Virus record (IMG/VR): IMGVR_UViG_3300011116_000446
Span: 1 to 24,425 of that record
Length of the DNA stretch: 24,425 nucleotides
DNA from: a virus
Taxonomy: Duplodnaviria; Caudoviricetes
Direction: 5' to 3' (one strand)
In this document: positions 6,803-15,404 of the stretch, piece by piece
Layout: the number at the start of each line of letters is the position of its first letter
Position numbering within the stretch: the first letter of the stretch is position 1
Notes under the pieces: model-generated
The model's input: the letters and a program-made list of their open reading frames with translations, nothing else
Databases searched by the model: none
What the model was told of the DNA's origin: nothing
Position numbers and translations under genes: made by a program

Positions 6803-8809
6803 TCAGTAGCCCTGCATCAGCAGGTTTTGAGGCTGGTCCTGGGCCGCGCCCATGGCTTGGTTCACGGCGTCGAGGCCGTACATGCTGGCAGCAAAAGCCA
6901 CGCCGTACTTGCGGACAATGTTGATGATCTCAGGATCGAACACGACGTAGTTCCGGCTGCCCTCACCAGCAGTGCGAGAGCCAGCGTCTAAGTATTTGAT
7001 GCCGGGAATGCCTGCGTCACGGAGGGCGGATGCTCGGCCAATGTTGCCTTCTTTCTCGCCGGAGAACAGCGACGACACTGGACCGCTGAGCGGGTTGTCG
7101 CGGGCCTTGGTATTTTTCAGCAGAGCGCCAAGTTCGAAACCATCGTCGAGCGCATCACGGGCTTTGCCCTTGCCGAACATCGATGACGATGCTTGATCGC
7201 GCACGCTGTTAATATGCGCTAGGATCTGTTCTGGATCGGAAGATGATACCCCGTATTTTTGCCGAAGCCGGTCTGATAGTGCATCGATCTTGGCTTGATG
7301 CTCGCGGTCAAGGTTGAAGTACCCCTCCAGCGCCCCCCTTACCTTCTCTGACTGTGCGCTCAGCGGCTTGTCCCAGTCGAGGAAATCATCAGGGTGGGCG
7401 TTGATCGAGACTTCGTACATGCGGCCTGGACGCTGCGGCGTCGGCAGCTCTGCTCCTGACTTCAAAACTGAAATGGCCTGATCGTAGCGTGGCCCTCCGA
7501 CATAGTCATATTCCGGCGTGCCCGGTTGCGCGCCGTGCAAATTAAACTCGCGCTGTCGCTCAAGTGATGCAAGAGCCTTGGCTCTGTCGCCCTCTTGGTG
7601 CACATTCCACGCCGCAAGATGCGACGGGTTGGACCCTATGTCGATGGGCTGCCCGTCAAGCGTCCATTGCACGGGACCGTCTGCTTTGGGGCCAAAGGCT
7701 TTACCGCCAAGCTTGTTTCGATAATCCTTCGCCACCCCTTCATTCTCAGCAAAATACAGCCCAGGGCCATATGCCTGCGCGCCTTCTCCCGTGCCGATCT
7801 TGGATATATCGAACTTGTCGAAATCGTGCGGGCTGCCGTGGTAGGCGCGTATGCCGGGAGGTGGCTCCATGCTCATCTGCGGGCCAGATCCGCCGAACCT
7901 GACGATCTGGTCTTGCTCTGGGACGTCGTAGTCCAACCACGGCGGGCGGGCGCGGCGCTGGTCGGGGGTGAGGTCCATGCGTTTCTGCACCGCGCGGGCT
8001 TCGACCTCGTTGGCCATCCGAGCGTAATCGGAATAGTTTTTATTTGCCCACGCGTCACCGGACGGCATAGAAACGCCTTCAATGTCTTGGATGCCGTGCT
8101 GCAATTCATGCATCAACGTTGATTTGTTGCGATTTTTTGGGCCCAGAACGACAGCGTCCGGATCATATCCTGTAATTCTATCTATAATCTGCGCCAGCTT
8201 CGGCCTTCCCGCCCCCATGTCGGAATTGTAATAGCCGCCAACCAAAAGGTCGTTGGCATGAGAAACGCCAAAGTTGCCCACGGCTGGATATGCGGATATC
8301 AGCGCGTCGTGCTCTAGTACCTTCGAAACTTTTCCGGTCTGACCGTTGTACTTCGCCCCGCTATCATCGATCTCGAACCGCCATTTGCCGTCTACGCCGC
8401 GGAACCAGCCGGTGTCCTTGAAGATCTGCTCTCGGGTAAGGCCCTTCGCGGCCATCTCTTCGGCCGTCTTCAGCGCGACCCGATCAGCCGTTTTGGCCAT
8501 GGGACCACCGAAAATGGCCATCGCCATGCCCCGGTCATCCCCCTTGTGCCATGCGTCGTTCATGGCAAGGGGAATACCGGCAGGGGTGAAATCGATCGCG
8601 CTCGGGCCGGTCTCGCCAAGGCCTCGAGATCCGATCAGGCCCTCCATCAGCCGGTTGTATTCCGGGGACGTCTTCTCGTCGCCCATGAACCACGCGCCGA
8701 GCCTGTCCCGCCACGTCGGTTGATAAGCGCGAAGCTCCTGTCCGCTCGGCATGTACTTCTGCCCATAATAGGGATCGGAGCCCTCGGGCATCAGGAGGTT
8801 GTCTGCCAT
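6803..8809 (-). CDS. Polyvalent protein: LPD23-like/zincin metallopeptidase plus ADP-ribosyltransferase-like (ART-PolyVal-like) domain
   Basis: TGWFRGVDGKWRFEIDDSGA and LEHDALISAYP (LPD23-like); HELQH...EVEAR zincin motif; YHGS...GEGAQAYGPGLYFAE and GIPGIKYLD...NYVVFD ART-like strands. Confidence 0.8.
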   Translation of the reverse strand: MADNLLMPEGSDPYYGQKYMPSGQELRAYQPTWRDRLGAWFMGDEKTSPEYNRLMEGLIGSRGLGETGPSAIDFTPAGIPLAMNDAWHKGDDRGMAMAIFGGPMAKTADRVALKTAEEMAAKGLTREQIFKDTGWFRGVDGKWRFEIDDSGAKYNGQTGKVSKVLEHDALISAYPAVGNFGVSHANDLLVGGYYNSDMGAGRPKLAQIIDRITGYDPDAVVLGPKNRNKSTLMHELQHGIQDIEGVSMPSGDAWANKNYSDYARMANEVEARAVQKRMDLTPDQRRARPPWLDYDVPEQDQIVRFGGSGPQMSMEPPPGIRAYHGSPHDFDKFDISKIGTGEGAQAYGPGLYFAENEGVAKDYRNKLGGKAFGPKADGPVQWTLDGQPIDIGSNPSHLAAWNVHQEGDRAKALASLERQREFNLHGAQPGTPEYDYVGGPRYDQAISVLKSGAELPTPQRPGRMYEVSINAHPDDFLDWDKPLSAQSEKVRGALEGYFNLDREHQAKIDALSDRLRQKYGVSSSDPEQILAHINSVRDQASSSMFGKGKARDALDDGFELGALLKNTKARDNPLSGPVSSLFSGEKEGNIGRASALRDAGIPGIKYLDAGSRTAGEGSRNYVVFDPEIINIVRKYGVAFAASMYGLDAVNQAMGAAQDQPQNLLMQGY

Positions 8810-8812
8810 GGG

Positions 8813-8827
8813 ATCTCTTGAAGAGAT
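8813..8827. promoter_or_regulatory. 15-bp palindrome ATCTCTT-G-AAGAGAT, operator-like
   Basis: Perfect 7-bp inverted repeat with a 1-nt spacer, between divergent starts at 8809 (-) and 8848 (+). Confidence 0.4.
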
Positions 8828-8847
8828 GAATCAGTTATGCGCAGTGC

Positions 8848-8961
8848 ATGCGGACACTCAGACGATACCTGCGGAAACACTGGCCACTGATCGTGGCGCA
8901 TGCGGTCGGCATGATGATCGGGCTTTGGGTGTTGATGCCGATCAAGCAAGCCTTATGGTGA
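8848..8961 (+). CDS. Small antisense single-TM peptide (37 aa), candidate superinfection exclusion factor
   Basis: MRTLRRYLRKHWPLIVAHAVGMMIGLWVLMPIKQALW has a basic N-terminus and one hydrophobic helix, and fills the intergenic gap. No clear SD. Not in the ORF track. Confidence 0.55.
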   Translation: MRTLRRYLRKHWPLIVAHAVGMMIGLWVLMPIKQALW

Positions 8962-11022
8962 AACTGGGTCGCCGCCGATGGGCACACGCAACGGCCCCGG
9001 ATCGTTGATTGATGATGCGCCGGCAATCAGTTCTTGCGCCACCATCGCGCGGGCTTCTGGCGCGTTCTGGGCGTTCTGCATAGCGCGCTCAAGAGACCGT
9101 CGGACGCGGACAGGGTCGCGCTCCATTGCCGCTGCGATAATGGCATTGGCCGTTGACGGCGTGATGCCAGAGAACCGTTGCGCCGTGCGCCCCATGAAGT
9201 TCAAAACGGGTTCCATGCGCCCCGTCGCAGCTTGGGCAACGCCGGTTGCCATGCGAAGCGGTTGCCCTGCCTCGTCGGCTTGGGCGAGCTGCTTTGCCGT
9301 CGTCGGCCCGCCCTGCACGGCCTTCCGAGTGTCGGCCATCTTGGCTTCGATGACAAGCTGACGCTGGAACTGGCGAAGCTGCTGACGGCTCGGGAAGATA
9401 ACTTCAAGACGCTGCGCAATCTCGGGCGAGCTGAAGATGTTCTCGGTGCGGTCGCGCATCCTGTTGCCGCGCATGACGTCGCCGATTAGATTACGGCCGG
9501 CACCCATGCGGAAGGCTTCGGCGACAGCGGGTCCAGCCTGGGCGTGCTCCGCCATGCGCTGCGCCAGTTCTTCAATCGGCATCGACTTAAAGTTCTGGAA
9601 GCCGTCTTCTGCCGCGTTGAGGATCGCGGACTGATCCGCGAACCTGCCATTAGCAGCGCGGAATGCGTCGTTATGTCTGCCGAGCAAACCGGAGAACTCA
9701 CGACGCAATTCTCCTAGGTCGTTTGCTGTCCAATTCGCCACCGGATCGGGCTGGCCGCGGCGCAGGTTGCGCAATTGCTGGTCGATTTGCATCCGGGTCC
9801 GGTGCAGCATCTCCCATGGGTTCAGATCGGCGTGTGTGCCGCGCATGCCCTGCACGTTCTGCGTCGTCAGGTCATAGAGCCGCTGCATATACGGACGGCT
9901 GGCGATATAGGCGCCAATTTCGGTAGCCGCCTGCGGCGTCATTTCCGTGTCGTAGGCGGCCCGATATGCGCGCTCTGCGTCTTGAGAACGGGTCGCCTCT
10001 AGTTCAGCCTGCGTCACGCCGTAGCGCTGGCCGCCAAGCGGGGCCTCGATGTCGTTGCTGATGCGGTGCCACTGGTTGCCCTGCCGGGTGTCCAACCTCT
10101 TGCGCAACCGCTCCGCGTTCGTCGATTGTTGATTGGCTGCCGCGCGCAGCAGATTTCGCGTGTTCTCGCCGCCCACATCGGCTAGCATGACGTTCTTGCC
10201 CGCTTCCTGTGCGGCGTCTATGTGATTGGTGAGTCGGTTGAATGCTTCCCCATAACCCGGTTGTCCCGGCGCTTCGCCTGCAAAGTCACGCATTAGCGCC
10301 TCGGCCATCTTTTCGCGGCCGACTGCTTGCGGGTTTAGAGCGGCTCGGATTGGCGTGGTCACGCTTCGTGCAACAGCAGCGCCGGCATCGACAAGCCCGG
10401 GAACGGCTCCACCAACGGTACCGCCTGCAAGCCCTCCGCGCACTCCACTAAGTAGGATGTTCTCGGGGCTGCCTTCGCCTTCGCCAAGGCCATAGAGAGT
10501 GCCATAGGCGACACCTTCGCGCGCACCTGCCAGCGTGCGTGCTCCAAGTCCCGCTTGCGCATTTGCCGCCAACTGGCCGAACCCGGCTGTTCTTCCAGCA
10601 TTGGCGATCGGCTCGACGATGGTCCCCGGCAGGCGTGCCGCAAGCCGTGCGCCCGTCCGTGCCGCACCAAAAGGAAGAGCAACGCCGCCCGCAATCTCGC
10701 CGCCGTAATAGGCAAACGGGCTATCTTGCGCCGCTTTCTTGTTCATGGCCCGGTTTTCGTCGCGAGCCTTGGCGTATTCGTCGGAAAATCCTTTGCCCTG
10801 CACGAACGACAGCGCCCCGCGGCCTGCACCGTAGAGCTCGTCGCCGAAGCCAAACGTCAGGCCCTGCGATGCACCGCGCAGACCAGCCTCGAGCGCGCCG
10901 ATTTTGTCGTCGCCGCCAACCTGCTTTTTTATGTAAGCGGCAATATCGGCTTCTGTCGCGTTATCTGGCGCGGTGACTTCATAGCGGCTGCCGTTGGGTG
11001 CCGTGATTTCAAATCGCGCCAT
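8953..11022 (-). CDS. DNA ejection/transfer protein (P22 gp16 position)
   Basis: 689 aa, Ala/Gly/Arg-rich and helical. N-terminal FEITAPNGSRYEVTAPD and QGLTFGFGDE motifs. TAATG coupling with the upstream gene; synteny. Confidence 0.75.
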   Translation of the reverse strand: MARFEITAPNGSRYEVTAPDNATEADIAAYIKKQVGGDDKIGALEAGLRGASQGLTFGFGDELYGAGRGALSFVQGKGFSDEYAKARDENRAMNKKAAQDSPFAYYGGEIAGGVALPFGAARTGARLAARLPGTIVEPIANAGRTAGFGQLAANAQAGLGARTLAGAREGVAYGTLYGLGEGEGSPENILLSGVRGGLAGGTVGGAVPGLVDAGAAVARSVTTPIRAALNPQAVGREKMAEALMRDFAGEAPGQPGYGEAFNRLTNHIDAAQEAGKNVMLADVGGENTRNLLRAAANQQSTNAERLRKRLDTRQGNQWHRISNDIEAPLGGQRYGVTQAELEATRSQDAERAYRAAYDTEMTPQAATEIGAYIASRPYMQRLYDLTTQNVQGMRGTHADLNPWEMLHRTRMQIDQQLRNLRRGQPDPVANWTANDLGELRREFSGLLGRHNDAFRAANGRFADQSAILNAAEDGFQNFKSMPIEELAQRMAEHAQAGPAVAEAFRMGAGRNLIGDVMRGNRMRDRTENIFSSPEIAQRLEVIFPSRQQLRQFQRQLVIEAKMADTRKAVQGGPTTAKQLAQADEAGQPLRMATGVAQAATGRMEPVLNFMGRTAQRFSGITPSTANAIIAAAMERDPVRVRRSLERAMQNAQNAPEARAMVAQELIAGASSINDPGPLRVPIGGDPVSP

Positions 11023-12323
11023 TAATCAAGCCTCCGGATTGAAAACCCTGACTGCGCAGGGGCAGACGGACCTCGGTCTTGATCCGTCATGCGCTGGCTC
11101 ATTTCAGAGTCAAATCCAGGGCTCATCCTATCGAAGGCTGGGCCAGATGATGCCCTGAGCTTGCGAGCTTCGGCAACGCGTCTCTCTAATTTTTGGCGTT
11201 GAACCTCTGGCCCGTCTCCGGGCTGAGGAAAATACGTTGGGAAATACAGTTTCCACTCTGTATCTGTCACTGCTGCGCCGGTATCCTTACGCAATAGGGC
11301 AGCGATCCATTCGCGTGCACCGGATTGATACTCGCGCCACTTCTGAGAATTAGCCAAGTTCAAAACAGGCATGTCGTCTGGCCAAAATGCGTTGGCTTTG
11401 CGCCCTGGGTCATACGTAGGTTTGTCTGGCGTACCGATGTTGCCGCGCATCGTGATTTCAGCGCGCGCCATGCGCTCGGCCCATAAGGCGTCCTTGGTCT
11501 GATACTCTTTAGGGTCTTCTTCTTTAGCTATGATCTTGGCAGCTCCTTTCGGGTCGCCCATGATCAAAGTTTGACCGGCACGCCGGCGACGGTCCGCTTC
11601 TTCTTGGTCTTTTGTTATTGTTGGCGTCACGAGAGGCGCGTATGGGTCCCGTTGCGCTGGCTGCGAGATAGCAGGATTAGCAAACCGGCCAGCACCTTGA
11701 GCCGGACCTTGCCCGTCATTGAGAACGGGGGGGCCGTACTGTTGAGCTGGAGGAAAAATACCCAGAGCCCGCCCTTTCTCAATAAGACCCTGCCGTTCCA
11801 GGTCGTCTTTGGCCTTGACTAGATCAAGCTGCAACTGATGCTGCAGACGAGCCATTGACTCTTGATGGGCAAACTGACCTTCGGCGTTTTTGATAGTGGC
11901 AAGCCTAGCCCTTTCTTCTAACGGGTCACGATAACCGCGCGCTTCGGCAATCAGGAACTTCGGCCCGTTGATGTGATCGTTTGCGCCATACCTGTCGAGC
12001 GCGCTGGCCATCTCGGGATGGCTCGATACGATGCGACCCCAGATTTGCTGCCGCCGTGCCGGGTCTTTCTCGTTGTCCGCCATCTGCGCAAGGCCGGCGA
12101 TCTGCTGCACCTTGGCCTTCTGCTGCTCGAGGTCAAACGCCTGCTGTTGGCGGGTGTCTGCCCTCTGTGCGAGCCTTTCCTTTTCGAGCTGCCGTTCGCC
12201 TTCGAATTGCTTGTCCATCCCGGCGCGGTAGGACTGCAAGCCCTGCTGCAGTGGCTGCATGAGCAGGTTGATGCTTGCCCCGTCAGACTGCTGATAGGGG
12301 AGCAGGTTCATTTGAGCGACCAT
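11022..12323 (-). CDS. DNA ejection/transfer protein (P22 gp20 position)
   Basis: 433 aa, Gln-rich coiled-coil N-half, C-terminal LRKDTGAAV...YFPQPGD motif; synteny. Confidence 0.72.
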   Translation of the reverse strand: MVAQMNLLPYQQSDGASINLLMQPLQQGLQSYRAGMDKQFEGERQLEKERLAQRADTRQQQAFDLEQQKAKVQQIAGLAQMADNEKDPARRQQIWGRIVSSHPEMASALDRYGANDHINGPKFLIAEARGYRDPLEERARLATIKNAEGQFAHQESMARLQHQLQLDLVKAKDDLERQGLIEKGRALGIFPPAQQYGPPVLNDGQGPAQGAGRFANPAISQPAQRDPYAPLVTPTITKDQEEADRRRRAGQTLIMGDPKGAAKIIAKEEDPKEYQTKDALWAERMARAEITMRGNIGTPDKPTYDPGRKANAFWPDDMPVLNLANSQKWREYQSGAREWIAALLRKDTGAAVTDTEWKLYFPTYFPQPGDGPEVQRQKLERRVAEARKLRASSGPAFDRMSPGFDSEMSQRMTDQDRGPSAPAQSGFSIRRLD

Positions 12324-12326
12324 GGT

Positions 12327-13115
12327 TTAGCGTCCGTAGCCGTATTGGTTTTGCGGTGCCCAAGGCAGGCTGTTCGCGTAGCCGGTCTGAGGATTGACGC
12401 CGCCCATGCCGCCGCCACCGCCGAACGCTGCGGCCATGTTGCCAAACGGCGTCGTGCCGCCCATTCCGGGCGTAAACCCGCTCATCAGCAGGTTCGCCGC
12501 CCCGCCGACCGCCGTCATGATGTTCTTGTTCGCGTTGTCCTTGGCCTGCTGGATGCCCATGAGGCGATTGGTTTCGGTGTTGGCGAGCGCGCCAGCCTTG
12601 CCGATGGCTTGATTGCCGAGCTCGCTGCCGCGCTGGGTGTCTAGGTTGGCGCCATACTGGGCCGCGTTCCAGCCCATTTGTCCCGCGCCCTGCAAACGAT
12701 TGCGATAGTCCGCCACCTGCTGGCCGTAGCGCTCGGCCCCGACGCGAGCGACGGCAGCGCCCGAGCTCCCGCTATTCCCCATCCCCTGCCCGTTGTAGCG
12801 CCGGAACATGTTGCGGGTGAGCAGATTTGTATAGTCGTTCTCGCCCTGCCGGAACGGGTCGGCGTTGAAATTCGAAAACGCCTTCTGATACCCGCCAGCA
12901 CCGTTGACGCCGATGGCGTCGTTATACATCGTGTTGGCTTGCTGGCCCTGCTGCGCATACGGATTGATGCGCCCCGTCGCCGCCGTATAGGCGTCGTTCG
13001 TTGCCTGATTGGCCTTGTCGTATCCGGCGTTGACGTAGTTCGACGTCGAGGCCGCCGCGTCGTTCGACGTCTTGATGGCGGACTTACCGCCGAACAGATC
13101 CGAAAAGAAGGCCAT
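12327..13115 (-). CDS. DNA ejection/pilot protein (P22 gp7 position)
   Basis: 262 aa, Gly/Ala/Asn/Gln-rich. MAFFSDLFGG N-terminus, NPYAQQG and GMGNSGSS motifs; first gene of the ejection trio. Confidence 0.78.
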   Translation of the reverse strand: MAFFSDLFGGKSAIKTSNDAAASTSNYVNAGYDKANQATNDAYTAATGRINPYAQQGQQANTMYNDAIGVNGAGGYQKAFSNFNADPFRQGENDYTNLLTRNMFRRYNGQGMGNSGSSGAAVARVGAERYGQQVADYRNRLQGAGQMGWNAAQYGANLDTQRGSELGNQAIGKAGALANTETNRLMGIQQAKDNANKNIMTAVGGAANLLMSGFTPGMGGTTPFGNMAAAFGGGGGMGGVNPQTGYANSLPWAPQNQYGYGR

Positions 13116-13119
13116 GCGC

Positions 13120-13197
13120 CTAGCCCCTCACCGTAGCGAATTCGCCAGTCGCAGCGTCGTAGCTTAGAACTGACCTCAGATAGTCTTGCGTCAGCAT
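13120..13197 (-). pseudogene. Truncated HNH homing endonuclease remnant (25 aa)
   Basis: MLTQDYLRSVLSYDAATGEFATVRG* resembles the N-terminus of phage HNH endonucleases (LTQ..L...L.YD..TG.F). GAGGGG RBS; no catalytic domain. Confidence 0.65.
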
Positions 13198-13204
13198 CAG
13201 CCCC

Positions 13205-13330
13205 TCATGTGATCAGCGCGTTGAGCTTGCGCGTCAGCTCTTCGAAAAACCGATACCAACTCGGGTTCATGCGACCGTCAGGACCGACGACAGGCTCGGA
13301 GGCGGACGGAAGCTTGAGCTTGGTTGCCAT
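13205..13330 (-). CDS. Small tail protein (41 aa) at the tail needle/plug (P22 gp26) position
   Basis: MATKLKLPSASEPVVGPDGRMNPSWYRFFEELTRKLNALIT. TGATG overlap with the gp10-like stop. Not in the ORF track. Confidence 0.75.
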   Translation of the reverse strand: MATKLKLPSASEPVVGPDGRMNPSWYRFFEELTRKLNALIT

Positions 13331-14745
13331 CAGTCGCCACCCAGCTTGTCGACGTCGAGAATGCCAGCGTTAAAGCTGCGCCCAACAGCAGCCGACACGG
13401 TGAACCGGAACGTGATGCCCTGATCCTCGGCCTTGCCGAACTTGCGGGCGCGGATACGCATCCGGCGGTAACCGGCAGAGCCAAGCGAAACGTCTTCTTT
13501 CGCCGTGAACGTCGCGCCGCCGTCCTTCGAAAACTCAATCATCAATTGCGGGTCGCTGGTCGCGTCGTCGCCGGGGACCTCGCCGTTGCCAAGCGCCGCT
13601 TGCAGGGCAAGGCTTTTGATGCGGATTGGGGACGGAAACGCGTGATGCGATGGCGTCACGATTTTTACAATAAGCGGATCGCCGTTCTCATCGTGCACGT
13701 CTCGGCTCATTTCGTAGAGCTTACCTTCGGATGCGTCGCACGCGATCAATTTGCCGGCAAACGAGACCACGGCGTTGCAGCGCCACTTGTTGGAGCCATA
13801 CGACGCGCGCTCATGCCATTGGCCGGTCGCCTTGTCGAAAACCCAAGTCCAGTTTGTGCCGCTGATGGCAAGGAACGTGTGCCCATCCTCGCCCCAGCTC
13901 GTCGCCGTGATGCTGTCGCGGTTGGCGTCGTCACGGATTGCGCGCTCGACGGCGTGCGTGGAAATGCGTTGCCCGTCGTAGCCGTTCATCACTGCGACAA
14001 ATATGTTGTCGTCTTCGTCGGTCGCGACCCATGCCAGGGTCTGAGAAAACCGGGCGACCGATGCCGCAGACAGGCAACCGATGCGCTTTGCCGTCACCCG
14101 GCCAAATGGGAAGCTTTCCCCCGTGTTGCGCCACCACTCGATGCTGTCGGCGCCGAACATGACCAGCTCGCTTTCACGCACGGCGACGCGGACGATGGCG
14201 TCCGGTGAGCTTTCAGCGCTGGCGAAGTCGAGCGGGTCAATGTTGGTGAAGTCGTCGACGTCCGAGATGAACCACTGATTGCCGAAACCGGGGAATATGC
14301 CGTAGCCGTCGAGAACCGTGAACGACGACGCCGCCGGAAGGTCCGTGTCAGCGTTCAACGTGAGCGTGGTTCCAACCAGATACCAGAACTGCCCGGCCGA
14401 ACAGATGCCGATCTGCGTAGGTACCGCGCGATTACGAGCCATATATACGGGCCCGTCTGTCGGTATCGCGCCGATCTGCGTTGCCGCGCCCGCGCTGTCC
14501 ACCCGGAACAGCAGTCTGCCAGCCACGACATACAGATAATTGTCGACGGCAAGCGCTGCCCTGATGCCATCGCCGCCCGTCAACGTTGACCACAGCGACA
14601 GACCCGAGCAGGCATAGATCGGGTCCGTAACCGTCCCTTCGCCGCCCATGTTCTCGCGGAAGCAATTCACCAGCCGCGCCGATCCATTGGCGAAAAACCG
14701 GCCGGGATTGCTCTGATTGGGGAAGATCAGCGGAACAGTGGCCAT
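13330..14745 (-). CDS. Packaged DNA stabilization protein / tail hub (P22 gp10-like)
   Basis: Start reassigned to ATG 14745 (471 aa). Motifs LDFASAESSPD, SIEWWRNTG, RISTHAVE, TWVFDKATGQWHER and SKDGG are typical of the gp10 family. Confidence 0.9.
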   Translation of the reverse strand: MATVPLIFPNQSNPGRFFANGSARLVNCFRENMGGEGTVTDPIYACSGLSLWSTLTGGDGIRAALAVDNYLYVVAGRLLFRVDSAGAATQIGAIPTDGPVYMARNRAVPTQIGICSAGQFWYLVGTTLTLNADTDLPAASSFTVLDGYGIFPGFGNQWFISDVDDFTNIDPLDFASAESSPDAIVRVAVRESELVMFGADSIEWWRNTGESFPFGRVTAKRIGCLSAASVARFSQTLAWVATDEDDNIFVAVMNGYDGQRISTHAVERAIRDDANRDSITATSWGEDGHTFLAISGTNWTWVFDKATGQWHERASYGSNKWRCNAVVSFAGKLIACDASEGKLYEMSRDVHDENGDPLIVKIVTPSHHAFPSPIRIKSLALQAALGNGEVPGDDATSDPQLMIEFSKDGGATFTAKEDVSLGSAGYRRMRIRARKFGKAEDQGITFRFTVSAAVGRSFNAGILDVDKLGGD

Positions 14746-14764
14746 CGTCTCGCGTTCGTTCGCC

Positions 14765-15112
14765 TCAGAAGTCGGTATAGGCGGTCTGCTCGCCGCTGGT
14801 GTTCTTGGCCACACGGCGCCTGATGCGCATCTTCGCGGCCTCGAGATCCACATCCATGGGCACCCTGCGCGGCGTGCCGAAACTCTCGGAGACCAGCACC
14901 GAGACGAAGCCGACGACGCCTAGAAACACGGCGTAGGGGATGGCCTCGGCGTCCCACCAGACAAGGCCATCGTCGCGCAATTCCTCAAGCCCTTCGCGGT
15001 AGCGCCGCTCAATGTAGCTGCGCTCAGCCGCCGTTGGGTTCTCGCTGGCTTCCAATAGCCCAAGGTCGTCCATCACGGCCTTTGCGAGCTCGGTGATGGT
15101 GCGCGTTGCCAT
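14765..15112 (-). CDS. Head-to-tail adaptor (P22 gp4-like)
   Basis: 115 aa, helical (TITELAKAVMDDLGLL...), immediately upstream of the gp10-like gene. Confidence 0.7.
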   Translation of the reverse strand: MATRTITELAKAVMDDLGLLEASENPTAAERSYIERRYREGLEELRDDGLVWWDAEAIPYAVFLGVVGFVSVLVSESFGTPRRVPMDVDLEAAKMRIRRRVAKNTSGEQTAYTDF

Positions 15113-15115
15113 CTA

Positions 15116-15388
15116 TCAGCCCTCGCGCTTCTTGCGCTCGATGTCGGCGAGAATGGTGCGATTGACCTCGGCCATCTTCTCGACGCGCTCCTGCTCGGCC
15201 AGACGGACAAGCTCGGGCGTCGGCGAGATCGGCGCCGGCAGTCCTTCCGGTTCCTTCTCCGGCTTAAACAGCGGATTGCGCGACAGCTTGGCGACGGCGA
15301 ACGGGTCGGACACGTCGACGGTCTCGTTCGGCTTGAACGCCAGCCCGAACACTTCCGTGAAATCCTTGCCGATGTATTTGACTTTCAT
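15116..15388 (-). CDS. Hypothetical head-associated protein (90 aa)
   Basis: GAGGGA RBS; lies between the decoration and adaptor genes. Confidence 0.75.
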   Translation of the reverse strand: MKVKYIGKDFTEVFGLAFKPNETVDVSDPFAVAKLSRNPLFKPEKEPEGLPAPISPTPELVRLAEQERVEKMAEVNRTILADIERKKREG

Positions 15389-15404
15389 GTTCCCTCAGGG
15401 TTGC

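Noticed and set aside
8835-9026. 63-aa minus-strand ORF in the gap after the gp16-position gene
   Set aside because: Starts inside the upstream gene with no RBS and has unremarkable composition; the plus-strand TM peptide explains the gap better.
14746-14853. Extended start for the gp10-like gene
   Set aside because: Overlaps the adaptor gene; ATG 14745 gives a family-typical length.
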